From NCBI GenBank assembly GCA_016432365.1, contig CP066686.1, positions 554,319 to 618,318 on the forward strand: a stretch of 64,000 bases of DNA, in the 5' to 3' direction. The position numbers and the translations under genes were made by a program. The notes beneath the pieces were generated by a model, which saw nothing but the letters and a program-made list of their open reading frames with translations, made no database searches and was not told where the DNA came from. This DNA is from Candidatus Woesebacteria bacterium (GTDB lineage Bacteria > Patescibacteriota > Microgenomatia > UBA8517). How positions within the stretch are numbered: the first letter of the stretch is position 1; each line of letters starts with the position of its first letter. Below are positions 27,596-37,254 of the stretch, piece by piece.

Positions 27596-29368
27596 ATGTG
27601 TGGAATTTTTGGTTATATTGGAAAACGTACCGATTCTGCAAAAATAGTTTTTGACGGATTAAAAAGTCTTGAATACCGTGGCTATGATTCATGGGGTGTT
27701 GCCGTACTGTCTAAGTCCAGTTTAAAAATTTTTACTAAAAAGGCTGCAGGAAAAATAGGAAATAATAATGTAAATGCGTTGCCCGACGGAAATATCGCAA
27801 TCGGACACACAAGATGGGCTACACATGGCGGCGTCACAGATACAAATTCACATCCACATTCTGACTGCTCGGGAAATATTTCAATAATTCATAATGGAAT
27901 TTTCGAAAATTACGAAGATTATAAAAAGAAACTAGTCCAAAAAGGTCACAAATTTATATCAGAAACCGACACGGAAGTTATCTCACATTTGGTAGAAGAC
28001 TTCAGCAAAAAGTTGACCTTCTCTGATTCAGTTAAAAAAACCTTCAATTTGATGACCGGGCTTAACGCAATAATTGCAGTAAAGCTGATTGAAGACCGTA
28101 TTGTCGCGATAAGAAACGGCTCTCCTCTTGTTGTGGGTTTTGGACAGGATGAGAATTTTTTGGCAAGCGACGCTTCAGCATTACTCCCGTTTACAAAAGA
28201 TGTTTATTTCTTGGAGGACGATGAAATGGTAATTTTGGAAAGGGGTAAAGTAAGAGTTTCAAATGTAAAAACCGGTAAAATTGTGAGATTCAAAAAACAA
28301 AAGCTTAATTGGAATGTCGATCAGGGAGAAATGGGTAAATACTCAAGTTTTATGTTAAAGGAGATTAATGAACAGCCTAAAATTTTGAGAGAAATTGCAA
28401 TGAGTGCCGGCAAAAATGTCGAAAAGATTTCAAAGATAATAAAAAAATCCCGCGGGTCGTATTTGGTGGGGTGTGGTTCGGCTTCCTATGCTGCGATGGC
28501 CGGGACATATTTATTTTCTAAGATTGCTGGACGCCATATAAATTTTGCTATTGGAAGTGAGTTCGGATACCACCTGGATTTTCTAAACAAAGACAGTTTG
28601 GTTATACCCATCTCCCAGTCCGGAGAGACAATAGATATTCTTGAATCAATGAAAAAGGCCAAGGAACGTGGAGCCGGGATTGTTTCGCTTGTTAATGTTC
28701 TGGGATCTTCTCTATACAGGATGTCTGATGAAAAAATTTTAATAGGGGCGGGGCCAGAAAAATCGGTTGCTTCGACAAAAGCACTTACGGGAATGATTGC
28801 CCATTTGGTTTTGCTTTCATTTTCGTTAGACGGCGGAGTCAAAAAAGGTAAAAAAGCTTTATTGGAGGCGGCTAATTCTATTAAAAAAATTCTTTCAGGT
28901 AAAGACTCCAAAAACATTAAAAAGTTAGCAGACATTATATGTGATAGTAAAAACATCTATGTGATTGGACGTGGACTCTCTTACCCAACAGCTCTTGAAA
29001 CAGCAATGAAAATTAAGGAAATTTCATATATCCACGCGGAAGGGTTGGCTGCGGGGGAACTTAAACACGGACCGTTGGCATTGGTAACAAAAGGAACTCC
29101 TTGTATTGCCTTTTTACCAAACGATGAAACATATGGTGCTAATCTTGCTGGGGCAATGGAGATGAAAGCGAGGGGGGGATTTGTAATAGGTATTTCATTT
29201 AAATCTCACGAGGTTTTTGATTATTATATTCAGGTAAAAGATGTGGGCATAGCCACAATGATTCCGAATATTGTTGTGGGTCAACTTTTAGCCTATTTTT
29301 TGACGATAAAAAAAGGATTGGATGTAGATAAGCCCCGCAATTTGGCAAAAAGTGTAACTGTTAAATAG
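27596..29368 (+). CDS. glmS: Glutamine--fructose-6-phosphate aminotransferase (isomerizing)
   Basis: MCGIFGYIG N-terminal nucleophile Cys, glutaminase domain, two SIS domains. 590 aa. Confidence 0.9.
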   Translation: MCGIFGYIGKRTDSAKIVFDGLKSLEYRGYDSWGVAVLSKSSLKIFTKKAAGKIGNNNVNALPDGNIAIGHTRWATHGGVTDTNSHPHSDCSGNISIIHNGIFENYEDYKKKLVQKGHKFISETDTEVISHLVEDFSKKLTFSDSVKKTFNLMTGLNAIIAVKLIEDRIVAIRNGSPLVVGFGQDENFLASDASALLPFTKDVYFLEDDEMVILERGKVRVSNVKTGKIVRFKKQKLNWNVDQGEMGKYSSFMLKEINEQPKILREIAMSAGKNVEKISKIIKKSRGSYLVGCGSASYAAMAGTYLFSKIAGRHINFAIGSEFGYHLDFLNKDSLVIPISQSGETIDILESMKKAKERGAGIVSLVNVLGSSLYRMSDEKILIGAGPEKSVASTKALTGMIAHLVLLSFSLDGGVKKGKKALLEAANSIKKILSGKDSKNIKKLADIICDSKNIYVIGRGLSYPTALETAMKIKEISYIHAEGLAAGELKHGPLALVTKGTPCIAFLPNDETYGANLAGAMEMKARGGFVIGISFKSHEVFDYYIQVKDVGIATMIPNIVVGQLLAYFLTIKKGLDVDKPRNLAKSVTVK

Positions 29369-29381
29369 CTGAGTAACTTAG

Positions 29382-29441
29382 GGACTAAGGGTCATTAACG
29401 AGGACTAAAAGTCTTAAGAAGGACTAAAAGTCATAAGAAGG
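29382..29441. repeat. Three tandem about 19-20-nt direct repeats GGACTAAR(R)GTCWTWARGAA
   Basis: Units at 29382-29401, 29402-29420, 29421-29439, the last two differing by 1 nt. They span the convergent glmS/GNAT junction and encode the last about 8 aa of the GNAT ORF. Confidence 0.5.
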
Positions 29442-29971
29442 TGATTATCTTCAGTGGTTATTTTTGTAATGAACCCGAATTTTTCGTAAAGTTTTATTGC
29501 AAATTTGTTATCCCTTCTGGTGACAAGCCAAAATCCTTTTTGTTGAGACTCTAGATATTTATCGGATTTCATAAATTTTTCAAACGCGGCTCTCATAAGT
29601 TTTTCTGAATAACCCTGTCCCCTGGCTGGAGGATAAATTCTAATCGCAAACGTAAAAGGAAATTCTATTGCTTGTGGATTTGCTTTAAACGCAAACCAAG
29701 CTACGCCCAAAAGTTTTCCATTTTTATCACTTAATGTGTAAATATATTTACCCAACACCCATTTTTCAAAAGATTCCAGACTCTTAAATCTTTTGGCGTC
29801 ATGGGTGAATTTTCTGATCTGGGGATCGGACTTAGTGTAACTCAATAATTCCTGAACCTGATTTTTGGTTATTCCTAAAGAAACTATTTGGCCATGCATT
29901 TGGTATAATATACCACGAATGGGGAAAATTATTGGTATTACCGATGACTCCAGAAAGGTTAAACCAGGCAT
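29414..29971 (-). CDS. GNAT family N-acetyltransferase
   Basis: ARGQGYSEKLMRA...AIKLYEKFGF match GNAT motifs A/B. The true start may be the internal Met (MHGQIV), which would remove the overlap with murE. Confidence 0.7.
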   Translation of the reverse strand: MPGLTFLESSVIPIIFPIRGILYQMHGQIVSLGITKNQVQELLSYTKSDPQIRKFTHDAKRFKSLESFEKWVLGKYIYTLSDKNGKLLGVAWFAFKANPQAIEFPFTFAIRIYPPARGQGYSEKLMRAAFEKFMKSDKYLESQQKGFWLVTRRDNKFAIKLYEKFGFITKITTEDNHLLMTFSPS

Positions 29972-31952
29972 GGTTTTTGTCGCGGTTAAGGGTAAGACAA
30001 CTGACGGGCATAACTATATTGAAGAAGCTCTAAAAAATGGTGCGGAACATGTTTTTGGAGAAATGAATTTTAAAAATTCAAAATATACTAAGGTATCGGA
30101 CTCGAGGCAAAAACTAGGTGATTTAGCATCAGAATTTTACGAAAATCCCTCAAAAAAACTGAAGATTATTGGTGTAACCGGTACAAAAGGTAAGACTACC
30201 ACAACACATATTATTTACCATATTTTAACCGCTTTGAAAAAAAAGGCGGGAATGGTTTCCTCGAATATGGCAAGGATTGGAAACAAAGAAGTCGATACGG
30301 GGTTCCATGTAACAAGCCCTGATGTAATTTCACTTCATAAATTTTTAAAAGAAATGGTAGATGCCGGGTGTGAATATGCTGTAATTGAGGTCAGTTCACA
30401 CGGAATAGACCAGAAAAGAATTGCCGGGGTCGATTTTGAAGTCGGAGTTTTGACCAATATTGCTCCTGAACATCTGGATTATCACAAAACCTTCAGAGAA
30501 TATAGACGGGTCAAAATGTCATTTGTTAACTCGTGTAAATTTAAGGTTATTGCACCCAAAGAAACTACTACAAATATTCTTCCCGGAAAATTCAACAATT
30601 TGAATGTTGATGTGGCCGTTGAAACCGTAACAAAACTTGGCTTTGATAGAAAAAAAGCGTTGGGAACTTTGGAATCTTTCGAATTACCAAAAGGAAGATT
30701 GGACGAAATCAAAAACAATTTAGGTTTTAGAATAGTAATCGACTTCGCTCACACACCCGACTCGTTGGAAGCAGTACTCACATATTTGAGATCGGAACGT
30801 AAAGGCAAGGGGAAATTGATTTCTGTATTCGGATGCGCCGGGGAAAGAGATATCAAAAAAAGATTCAAAATGGGTAAAGTTTCAGTTAAACTGGCGGATT
30901 TTTCGGTATTTACCGCTGAGGATCCAAGGAGTGAGGATGTAAATGATATTTTGGCCAAAATGGTTGAAGGAGCAAAATCAGTTGGAGGGATCGATGGGAA
31001 AAACTTTGTCAGAATTCCGCTTCGAGGAGAAGCGGTTGCATTCGCACTTTCTATCGCAAAAAAGGGCGATATCGTAGGGTTTTTTGGAAAAGGGCACGAA
31101 ACCAGTATGGCATATAGCGCGTGTGACGCTTCAAGCAATGCTTGTAAAAGATTTGAACATCCTTGGAGTGATAGAACCGAAATTGAAAATTATTTACATG
31201 GAACGCCTGATGTCTCGGCGGTAATTTTGGCGGCAGGAAAAGGAACAAGAATGAGATCTCAATATCCGAAAGTCATTCATGAAATTTGTGGACGTCCGAT
31301 GGTTTCGTACACACTTGAGAACTTAAGAAAGGCCGGAATAATAGATATCACCGCGGTTGTTTCGTTTAGAAAAAACCTTGTAATTAATAGAATTAAAGGT
31401 GCTGTAAAAATTGCGTACCAGAAAAATCCAAAAGGAGGAACCGCTGATGCCGCTAAAGCAGGTTTCAAGCTGATTTCTCCAAACACTAAAACCCTCTTAA
31501 TCATAAACGGAGACGACAGCGCGTTTTACACCCCGGAAACGATTAAAAAAATTTTAGAAATCCACACAGATAGAGAGCGGAAACTTACATTTGTATCTTT
31601 GATGAAAGAAAATCCAACAGGATTGGGCCGTGTTATACGTAGACCCGACGGTCTTATTGCAAAAATTGTTGAGGAGAAAGACGCAACTGATGCAGAAAGA
31701 AAAATTAACGAAGTCAATGACGGCCTTTATGTTTTTGATAAAAAATGGTTCTCTCGTAATATAGAAAAAGTTAAGAAAAGTGCTCAGGGGGAATATTACC
31801 TGGTAGATTTGATTAAGCTTGCGATAGACCAGGGAGATAGAATGGCTACTTATACTTTACCGAATGATGACGAATGGCAGGGGATTAATACTCCGGAACA
31901 ACTTGCGGAAGCAAATAGGAAGATGGACAAGAAACTAAAAGGACATAATTAA
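29865..31952 (+). CDS. murE: Bifunctional fusion: MurE (UDP-MurNAc-L-Ala-D-Glu:diamino-acid ligase) + GlmU-type GlcNAc-1-P uridyltransferase domain (no acetyltransferase LbH domain)
   Basis: Residues about 19-440 are Mur ligase (GKIIGITDDSRK, GVTGTKGKTTTTHI, DFAHTPDSLEAVL, GKGHE). Residues about 445-695 are a nucleotidyltransferase domain AVILAAGKGTRMRSQYPKVIHEICGRPMV, close to the GlmU N-domain consensus (LAAGKGTRM...PKVLH). The ORF-track start is a TTG; the probable true start is the Met at about 29919. Confidence 0.8.
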   Translation: MVIPKETIWPCIWYNIPRMGKIIGITDDSRKVKPGMVFVAVKGKTTDGHNYIEEALKNGAEHVFGEMNFKNSKYTKVSDSRQKLGDLASEFYENPSKKLKIIGVTGTKGKTTTTHIIYHILTALKKKAGMVSSNMARIGNKEVDTGFHVTSPDVISLHKFLKEMVDAGCEYAVIEVSSHGIDQKRIAGVDFEVGVLTNIAPEHLDYHKTFREYRRVKMSFVNSCKFKVIAPKETTTNILPGKFNNLNVDVAVETVTKLGFDRKKALGTLESFELPKGRLDEIKNNLGFRIVIDFAHTPDSLEAVLTYLRSERKGKGKLISVFGCAGERDIKKRFKMGKVSVKLADFSVFTAEDPRSEDVNDILAKMVEGAKSVGGIDGKNFVRIPLRGEAVAFALSIAKKGDIVGFFGKGHETSMAYSACDASSNACKRFEHPWSDRTEIENYLHGTPDVSAVILAAGKGTRMRSQYPKVIHEICGRPMVSYTLENLRKAGIIDITAVVSFRKNLVINRIKGAVKIAYQKNPKGGTADAAKAGFKLISPNTKTLLIINGDDSAFYTPETIKKILEIHTDRERKLTFVSLMKENPTGLGRVIRRPDGLIAKIVEEKDATDAERKINEVNDGLYVFDKKWFSRNIEKVKKSAQGEYYLVDLIKLAIDQGDRMATYTLPNDDEWQGINTPEQLAEANRKMDKKLKGHN

Positions 31953-31953
31953 A

Positions 31954-33018
31954 ATGGAATCAACAGATGACATGGTTGAAGAGTACTTAAATCAGCCTCC
32001 CGTCGATCGAGAACTATCGATAAGATCTATCCGTTTAAACGAGTCGACCGTTGATAGTGGTTTTGTTGAGATTCCCGTTTTACCTCAAAGACCGGCGGTA
32101 AAGCCAGGTGAAGAAGATGCGTTTTTACTAAATACAAAGAAAACATTAAGAGATTTGAATATTTCGGAAACCGAGACTGTTTCTACAGAAGTCATAACAA
32201 TCGGTTTCCAGGAAAATATACCCGACGAGGTACGGGGTCCAGACCGGAGTGGAGAACAGTCTCTGAAAATATATAGTTTTCTGTCTCCAGAAAAAGTTAG
32301 CAAGGAAGGTTTAAAGGATGGGGTTCCTTTAGTAATTTTTAGTCATGGCGGAAAGATACATTCAGAAGTGATTGCGTCGAGTGGATACCTTCCAATGCTT
32401 TATGAAGATAATCCAGATATGATTTTAATTGCTATGGATCACAGAGGATCCCAGTCTCACAAAGCAAAAGAGGATTACGGTTTGGATGACCGTGTGGCTG
32501 ATATCCTCATTGCTCTCAAGTACACCCAAGATAATTTGGTTAAAGAATATGCAGATAAAGGCATTAAGTGGAATGGTAACATTATAATAATTGGAGACAG
32601 TATGGGGGGTGAAGTAGCTACAGTGGTAGCTGAAAAAGTCGGCGCCGACGGCCTGGTTTTAACTGAGCCGGCAGCTTATTCGGTATTTGCACATCATGTA
32701 AAATTCGGTCAAAAAAGTGAACAGGAACCAGTGTTTGGTGGAGAAAAAGGGGTTATTAAAACTAAATCTCCGGAAGACTCTTACGCCTTTGATTCAATCA
32801 AAAAATATGCCAATGAGCCAAACTCAAAAATTTTGATGATAAAAATGAAAAATGACAAAATTGTGGGTAGCGTCCCTGATAAATATATCGAAAGTATAAA
32901 CGAGACAGATCCACAAAAAATCGAAGTCTTAGAAGTTGAGGGGGGTCACGGGTCTACAACACCTGAGGAGGTTAGGAAGATATCAGGTTTTGTAAAGAGT
33001 CTGAAAGGTAAAAAATGA
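31954..33018 (+). CDS. Alpha/beta-hydrolase fold protein (serine hydrolase, GDSMGG nucleophile elbow) with an acidic about 110-aa N-terminal extension
   Basis: GxSxG motif IIIIGDSMGGEVA with HGG oxyanion-type motif upstream (VIFSHGG). No signal peptide. Translationally coupled to both neighbours: 1-nt gap upstream, ATGA overlap downstream. Confidence 0.65.
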   Translation: MESTDDMVEEYLNQPPVDRELSIRSIRLNESTVDSGFVEIPVLPQRPAVKPGEEDAFLLNTKKTLRDLNISETETVSTEVITIGFQENIPDEVRGPDRSGEQSLKIYSFLSPEKVSKEGLKDGVPLVIFSHGGKIHSEVIASSGYLPMLYEDNPDMILIAMDHRGSQSHKAKEDYGLDDRVADILIALKYTQDNLVKEYADKGIKWNGNIIIIGDSMGGEVATVVAEKVGADGLVLTEPAAYSVFAHHVKFGQKSEQEPVFGGEKGVIKTKSPEDSYAFDSIKKYANEPNSKILMIKMKNDKIVGSVPDKYIESINETDPQKIEVLEVEGGHGSTTPEEVRKISGFVKSLKGKK

Positions 33019-35207
33019 CAAAAAAAATTCATTTCGTTGGAATTGGGGGGAGCGGGATTTCGGGTGTGGGCAAATTGGCCGAAAAAATGGGTTACGAAGT
33101 CACGGGATGTGATGTGGAATCTTCCACGGCATATGCAAAAAATATATTTCAAGGACACAGCCCTCAACATTTAGAAGATACTGATTTGGTCGTCGCTTCT
33201 CCAGCTTTATATTTCAACAAAGAAACAATAGATGAGATTGAGGCGGCCCGAAAAGATAGTAAATTAATGACATGGCAGGAGTTTTTAGGCAGAATTCTTT
33301 TAAAAGACAAAAAAATAATTTGTATTGCTGGAACTCATGGTAAGTCTACTACCACAGCAATGGTCGGAAAACTTCTTATTGATAATGGCCTCGATCCGAT
33401 TGTGATGGTCGGTGCGTTTGTCCCAGAGTGGGAAGGGAACTCAAGATTTGGGGAAGGTGAATATGCAGTGATTGAAGCAGACGAATTTAATAATAACTTT
33501 CTTAATTACTATCCGGATATTGCAATCGTAAATAACATAGAATTTGATCATCCCGATTTTTTTAAAAATGAAGGGGAAGTTAGAGAAAGTTTTAAAAAAT
33601 TTGTTGGTAATCTAAAGGGTGAAAAGTTGTTAATTACAGAGGGTGATAGTTTAGGAAAGAAATTCAATTTAAAAATTTTAGGCGAACACAACCAAAAAAA
33701 CGCTAATATGGTTTTTTTGTTAGGTAAGGCATTGGGAATAGATGAAGACAAGATTGTTACTTCGATCGAAAATTTTAAAGGGATTGGTAGGCGACTCGAA
33801 CTAATTGCGGATCGAGACGGGGTTAAGGTTTTTGATGATTATGCTCATCATCCGACAGCGATTAAGACAACGGTTGATGGGTTAAGGGAGGAATATCCCA
33901 AGGCAAAAATTTTAGCAATTGACGAGCCACACGGTTATAAAAGAACGAAAGCGCTTCTTGAAAATTATAAAGGTGTTTTTGATAGTGCAGACAAGGTCAT
34001 TATTGGCCCAATTTTTAAAGCAAGAGATGAAGTTGATCTATCCATTTCGCCGGAATCTGTTGCAAAAGCATCAGCTCATCGAGATATACAAACAGTCGGT
34101 AGTTTGGAAGAATTAATTAATAATTTAAAATTAATAATTAAAAATTTCGATATAGTTGTAGTTATGGGCGCAGGTAAAAGTTATTTGTGGGCCAGAGAAA
34201 TCGCCAGAATTTTACCAGTTAAATTTTCAGATATTACATCCTTTAAAATAGGTGGCAAGATAAAAAAATATTTTGAAGTAAGGACTAAGAACGAGATCGA
34301 TGAAGCTGTTAAATTTGCGAGTAATAACAATTTACCCATTTTTATTATCGGGGACGGAACAGATATTTTAGCATCAGATAAGGACTTTAATGGCATTGTT
34401 GTTAAATATGTAGGTAATAACATTGTTATCGATGATGATGGGAGTGCAACTGCCGAGGCTGGTGCGAATTGGGATAAATTTGTCGAGGAAGCTGTTACCC
34501 AGGGCTTTCAAGGTATTGAAAATTTATCCGGGATTCCCGGAACAGTCGGGGCAGCTCCGATTCAAAATATTGGGGCTTACGGATCGGAGTTAGATGATAG
34601 GTTCATAAGCCTTGAGGCATACGATTTAGAAAAAAGCAAGATAATTACTTTTTCTAAAAGCGATTGTAAATTTGGATACCGCGAAAGCATTTTCAAAAAA
34701 AGCAGCTATTGGCAGAAATTTGTGATTTTAAAAATAAAACTAAAGCTTATTAAAAATCAATTCGGAACGGCAAATTACGAATCATTAAAGAGATATATAA
34801 ATTCAAAAAAACCCACAATTCAAGAAATCCGTGATGCTGTATTAAAAGTGAGGTCCGAAAAATTAGAAAACCCAAAAGTAGTCGGAAATGCAGGTTCGTT
34901 TTTTAAGAACCCGATAGTTACTGCACAAGATAAAGAGAAGCTGGAAATAAAGTTACCCGGCATTAAAATTTTTCCATTTGGAGATAAATTTAAAATATCT
35001 GCTGGATGGTTGATTGAGTCGACAGGGTGGAAAGGTAAAGAATATAAAAACGCGGCGGTTTCTTCTAAACACGCGCTAATATTAATTAACAAAACTGGTA
35101 CAGCTACGGCAAAAGAGATCTACGATTTATCTGAGGAAATAATCAACGATGTCTCTAAAAAATTTGGGATTAAGCTAGAAAGAGAAGTTCAATTAATTAA
35201 TTTTTAA
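33015..35207 (+). CDS. murC: Bifunctional fusion: MurC (UDP-MurNAc:L-Ala ligase) + MurB (UDP-GlcNAc-enolpyruvate reductase)
   Basis: N-terminus KIHFVGIGGSGISGVGKLAEKMGYEVTGCD and IAGTHGKSTTTAM are MurC. C-terminal about 300 aa (KIGGKIKKYFEV...NLSGIPGTVGAAPIQNIGAYG...) is the MurB FAD-binding and substrate domain. Confidence 0.85.
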   Translation: MTKKIHFVGIGGSGISGVGKLAEKMGYEVTGCDVESSTAYAKNIFQGHSPQHLEDTDLVVASPALYFNKETIDEIEAARKDSKLMTWQEFLGRILLKDKKIICIAGTHGKSTTTAMVGKLLIDNGLDPIVMVGAFVPEWEGNSRFGEGEYAVIEADEFNNNFLNYYPDIAIVNNIEFDHPDFFKNEGEVRESFKKFVGNLKGEKLLITEGDSLGKKFNLKILGEHNQKNANMVFLLGKALGIDEDKIVTSIENFKGIGRRLELIADRDGVKVFDDYAHHPTAIKTTVDGLREEYPKAKILAIDEPHGYKRTKALLENYKGVFDSADKVIIGPIFKARDEVDLSISPESVAKASAHRDIQTVGSLEELINNLKLIIKNFDIVVVMGAGKSYLWAREIARILPVKFSDITSFKIGGKIKKYFEVRTKNEIDEAVKFASNNNLPIFIIGDGTDILASDKDFNGIVVKYVGNNIVIDDDGSATAEAGANWDKFVEEAVTQGFQGIENLSGIPGTVGAAPIQNIGAYGSELDDRFISLEAYDLEKSKIITFSKSDCKFGYRESIFKKSSYWQKFVILKIKLKLIKNQFGTANYESLKRYINSKKPTIQEIRDAVLKVRSEKLENPKVVGNAGSFFKNPIVTAQDKEKLEIKLPGIKIFPFGDKFKISAGWLIESTGWKGKEYKNAAVSSKHALILINKTGTATAKEIYDLSEEIINDVSKKFGIKLEREVQLINF

Positions 35208-35209
35208 AT

Positions 35210-36466
35210 ATGAACAAATATATAAACAAAAAAGTTGCAATTTTAGGATATGGGTTAGAGGGTCAGGATGCCGAGAAATATTTTATAAATCTTGGAATTA
35301 ATCCTACGATTTTGGACCAAAAAGACGATCCGAATTACCTAAACAATTTAAAAAGTTTTGATGTAATTGTTAGATCCCCGGGAGTTTATAGATATAAAAA
35401 AGAAATTGTTGATGCAGAAAAGTCCGGAGTTATTGTTACCAGTCCAATAAAAATTTTTTTTGACGAATGTCCGGGAAAAATAATTGGGGTTACCGGAACA
35501 AAAGGGAAAGGAACAACTTCAACATTAATTTACGAGATACTAAAAGCTGATGGACGCGATGTTTATCTCTCCGGAAATATTGGCAAACCCTACCTTGAGC
35601 TTTTGCCAAAATTAACAAAAGATAGTTTTGTGGTGATGGAGATGTCATCGTTTCAGTTGATAGATTTAGATAGAAGTCCAAATATTGCAGTTGTTCTTAA
35701 TATTACTTCAGACCACATGGACTGGCACAAAAACCAGGAAGAATATATTAATGCAAAGAAAAATATTGTTAGGTACCAAAAACAGAGAGACTATCTAATA
35801 GTCAACTCTGAATATAAAAGTTCAATAGATTTTGCAGATGAGACTAAAGCAAACATAATATATGTTTCGAAAAAATCGTTAGACAATAAGTTCAAAAATG
35901 GAACTACATTGAGAGGAGAACATAACCAAGAAAATATTGTAATGGCAGTTGAGGTTGCAAGAATATTAAATATAAACGAAGAAACAATAGAAAAAGTGGT
36001 TATAGGGTTTAAAGGACTTGAACACAGGCTTGAATACGTCAACGAAGTGGGTGGAATTAAATTTTATAACGACTCTTTTGCCACAGGCCCGCAACCCACA
36101 ATTGCAGCGGTTAATTCGTTTACAGAACCGGAAACATTAATATTGGGTGGTAGTGACAAAGGTCTAAACTACCAAGAATTGGGAGATGTTATTAATAAAA
36201 CAAAAAACATTAAAAACGTAGTTCTGATCGGCGTAACTGGTCCAATAATTAATAAATATCTTGATAGTAATTTACAATTTACAATTTACAATTTACAAAA
36301 ACCAAACATGGAGGAGATAGTTAAAAAAGCTTTCGACATTACTCCTAAGGGTGGAGTAGTTATACTTTCTCCGGCCTCGGCAAGCTTCGATATGTTTAAA
36401 AATTACAAAGACAGAGGAAATCAATTCAAAAAAGCTGTACAATCACTTCTCAATGAGCAAAAATAG
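35210..36466 (+). CDS. murD: UDP-N-acetylmuramoylalanine--D-glutamate ligase
   Basis: KKVAILGYGLEGQDAEKYF, GVTGTKGKGTTSTLI, Mur ligase C-domain. 418 aa. Confidence 0.85.
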   Translation: MNKYINKKVAILGYGLEGQDAEKYFINLGINPTILDQKDDPNYLNNLKSFDVIVRSPGVYRYKKEIVDAEKSGVIVTSPIKIFFDECPGKIIGVTGTKGKGTTSTLIYEILKADGRDVYLSGNIGKPYLELLPKLTKDSFVVMEMSSFQLIDLDRSPNIAVVLNITSDHMDWHKNQEEYINAKKNIVRYQKQRDYLIVNSEYKSSIDFADETKANIIYVSKKSLDNKFKNGTTLRGEHNQENIVMAVEVARILNINEETIEKVVIGFKGLEHRLEYVNEVGGIKFYNDSFATGPQPTIAAVNSFTEPETLILGGSDKGLNYQELGDVINKTKNIKNVVLIGVTGPIINKYLDSNLQFTIYNLQKPNMEEIVKKAFDITPKGGVVILSPASASFDMFKNYKDRGNQFKKAVQSLLNEQK

Positions 36467-37253
36467 TCCCATTGGAATTTTCGATTCAGGGCTCGGGGGG
36501 CTGACCGTTGCCAAACAAATTGTCAAACTTCTCCCTCGTGAGGATATTATCTATCTTGGAGACACCGCCAGAGTTCCGTATGGTCCGAGGAGTCCGGAGA
36601 TAATAAAAAGATTTTCCGAAGAAAATACACAGTTTTTGATTTCCAAAAAAGTTAAATGTATTGTAATCGCCTGCAACACATCTTCTGCGGTTGCCTCGGA
36701 TTATTTGAAAAGGAAATTTAGAAAGACTCCGATTTTTGAGGTTATTAATCCGGCGGCTAAAGAAGCAACAGGAATGGGTAATAAAATCGGAGTAATCGGA
36801 ACGAGAGCAACTATAGCGAGCCACGCTTACGAGAAAGATATTAATAAATATTCAAAATCAGCGAAAGTAATCTCATTGGCATGTCCCTTGTTTGTTCCGT
36901 TCATTGAAGAAGGTGAAATTAAAAGCGATGGTTTAAAAGAAGTTGCGCGGGAGTATCTTACAAAGTTAAAAATAAAAAAGATAGATACTCTGGTAATGGG
37001 TTGTACTCACTATCCAATTATCGGAAAACTTATTGCCAGGGAGGTAGATAATCATGTCAGAATTGTCGATCCTGGAAAATCAGTTGCCAAAGAAGTTTTT
37101 GATTTTTTATCTAAGAATAAAATGTTAAATGAGCAGAAAACCAGCGGAAAAAAGAATTTCTTCGTGACCGATTTGACCGAAAGATTCACAAAAGTCGCAG
37201 AAATGTTTCTAGGACAAAAAATAAAAGGAAAGATCCTGGAAGTTAATTTGTAG
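36453..37253 (+). CDS. murI: Glutamate racemase
   Basis: PIGIFDSGLGGLTVAKQI...YLGDTARVPYGPRS and CNTSSA catalytic Cys motif. Confidence 0.9.
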   Translation: MSKNSPIGIFDSGLGGLTVAKQIVKLLPREDIIYLGDTARVPYGPRSPEIIKRFSEENTQFLISKKVKCIVIACNTSSAVASDYLKRKFRKTPIFEVINPAAKEATGMGNKIGVIGTRATIASHAYEKDINKYSKSAKVISLACPLFVPFIEEGEIKSDGLKEVAREYLTKLKIKKIDTLVMGCTHYPIIGKLIAREVDNHVRIVDPGKSVAKEVFDFLSKNKMLNEQKTSGKKNFFVTDLTERFTKVAEMFLGQKIKGKILEVNL

Positions 37254-37254
37254 A

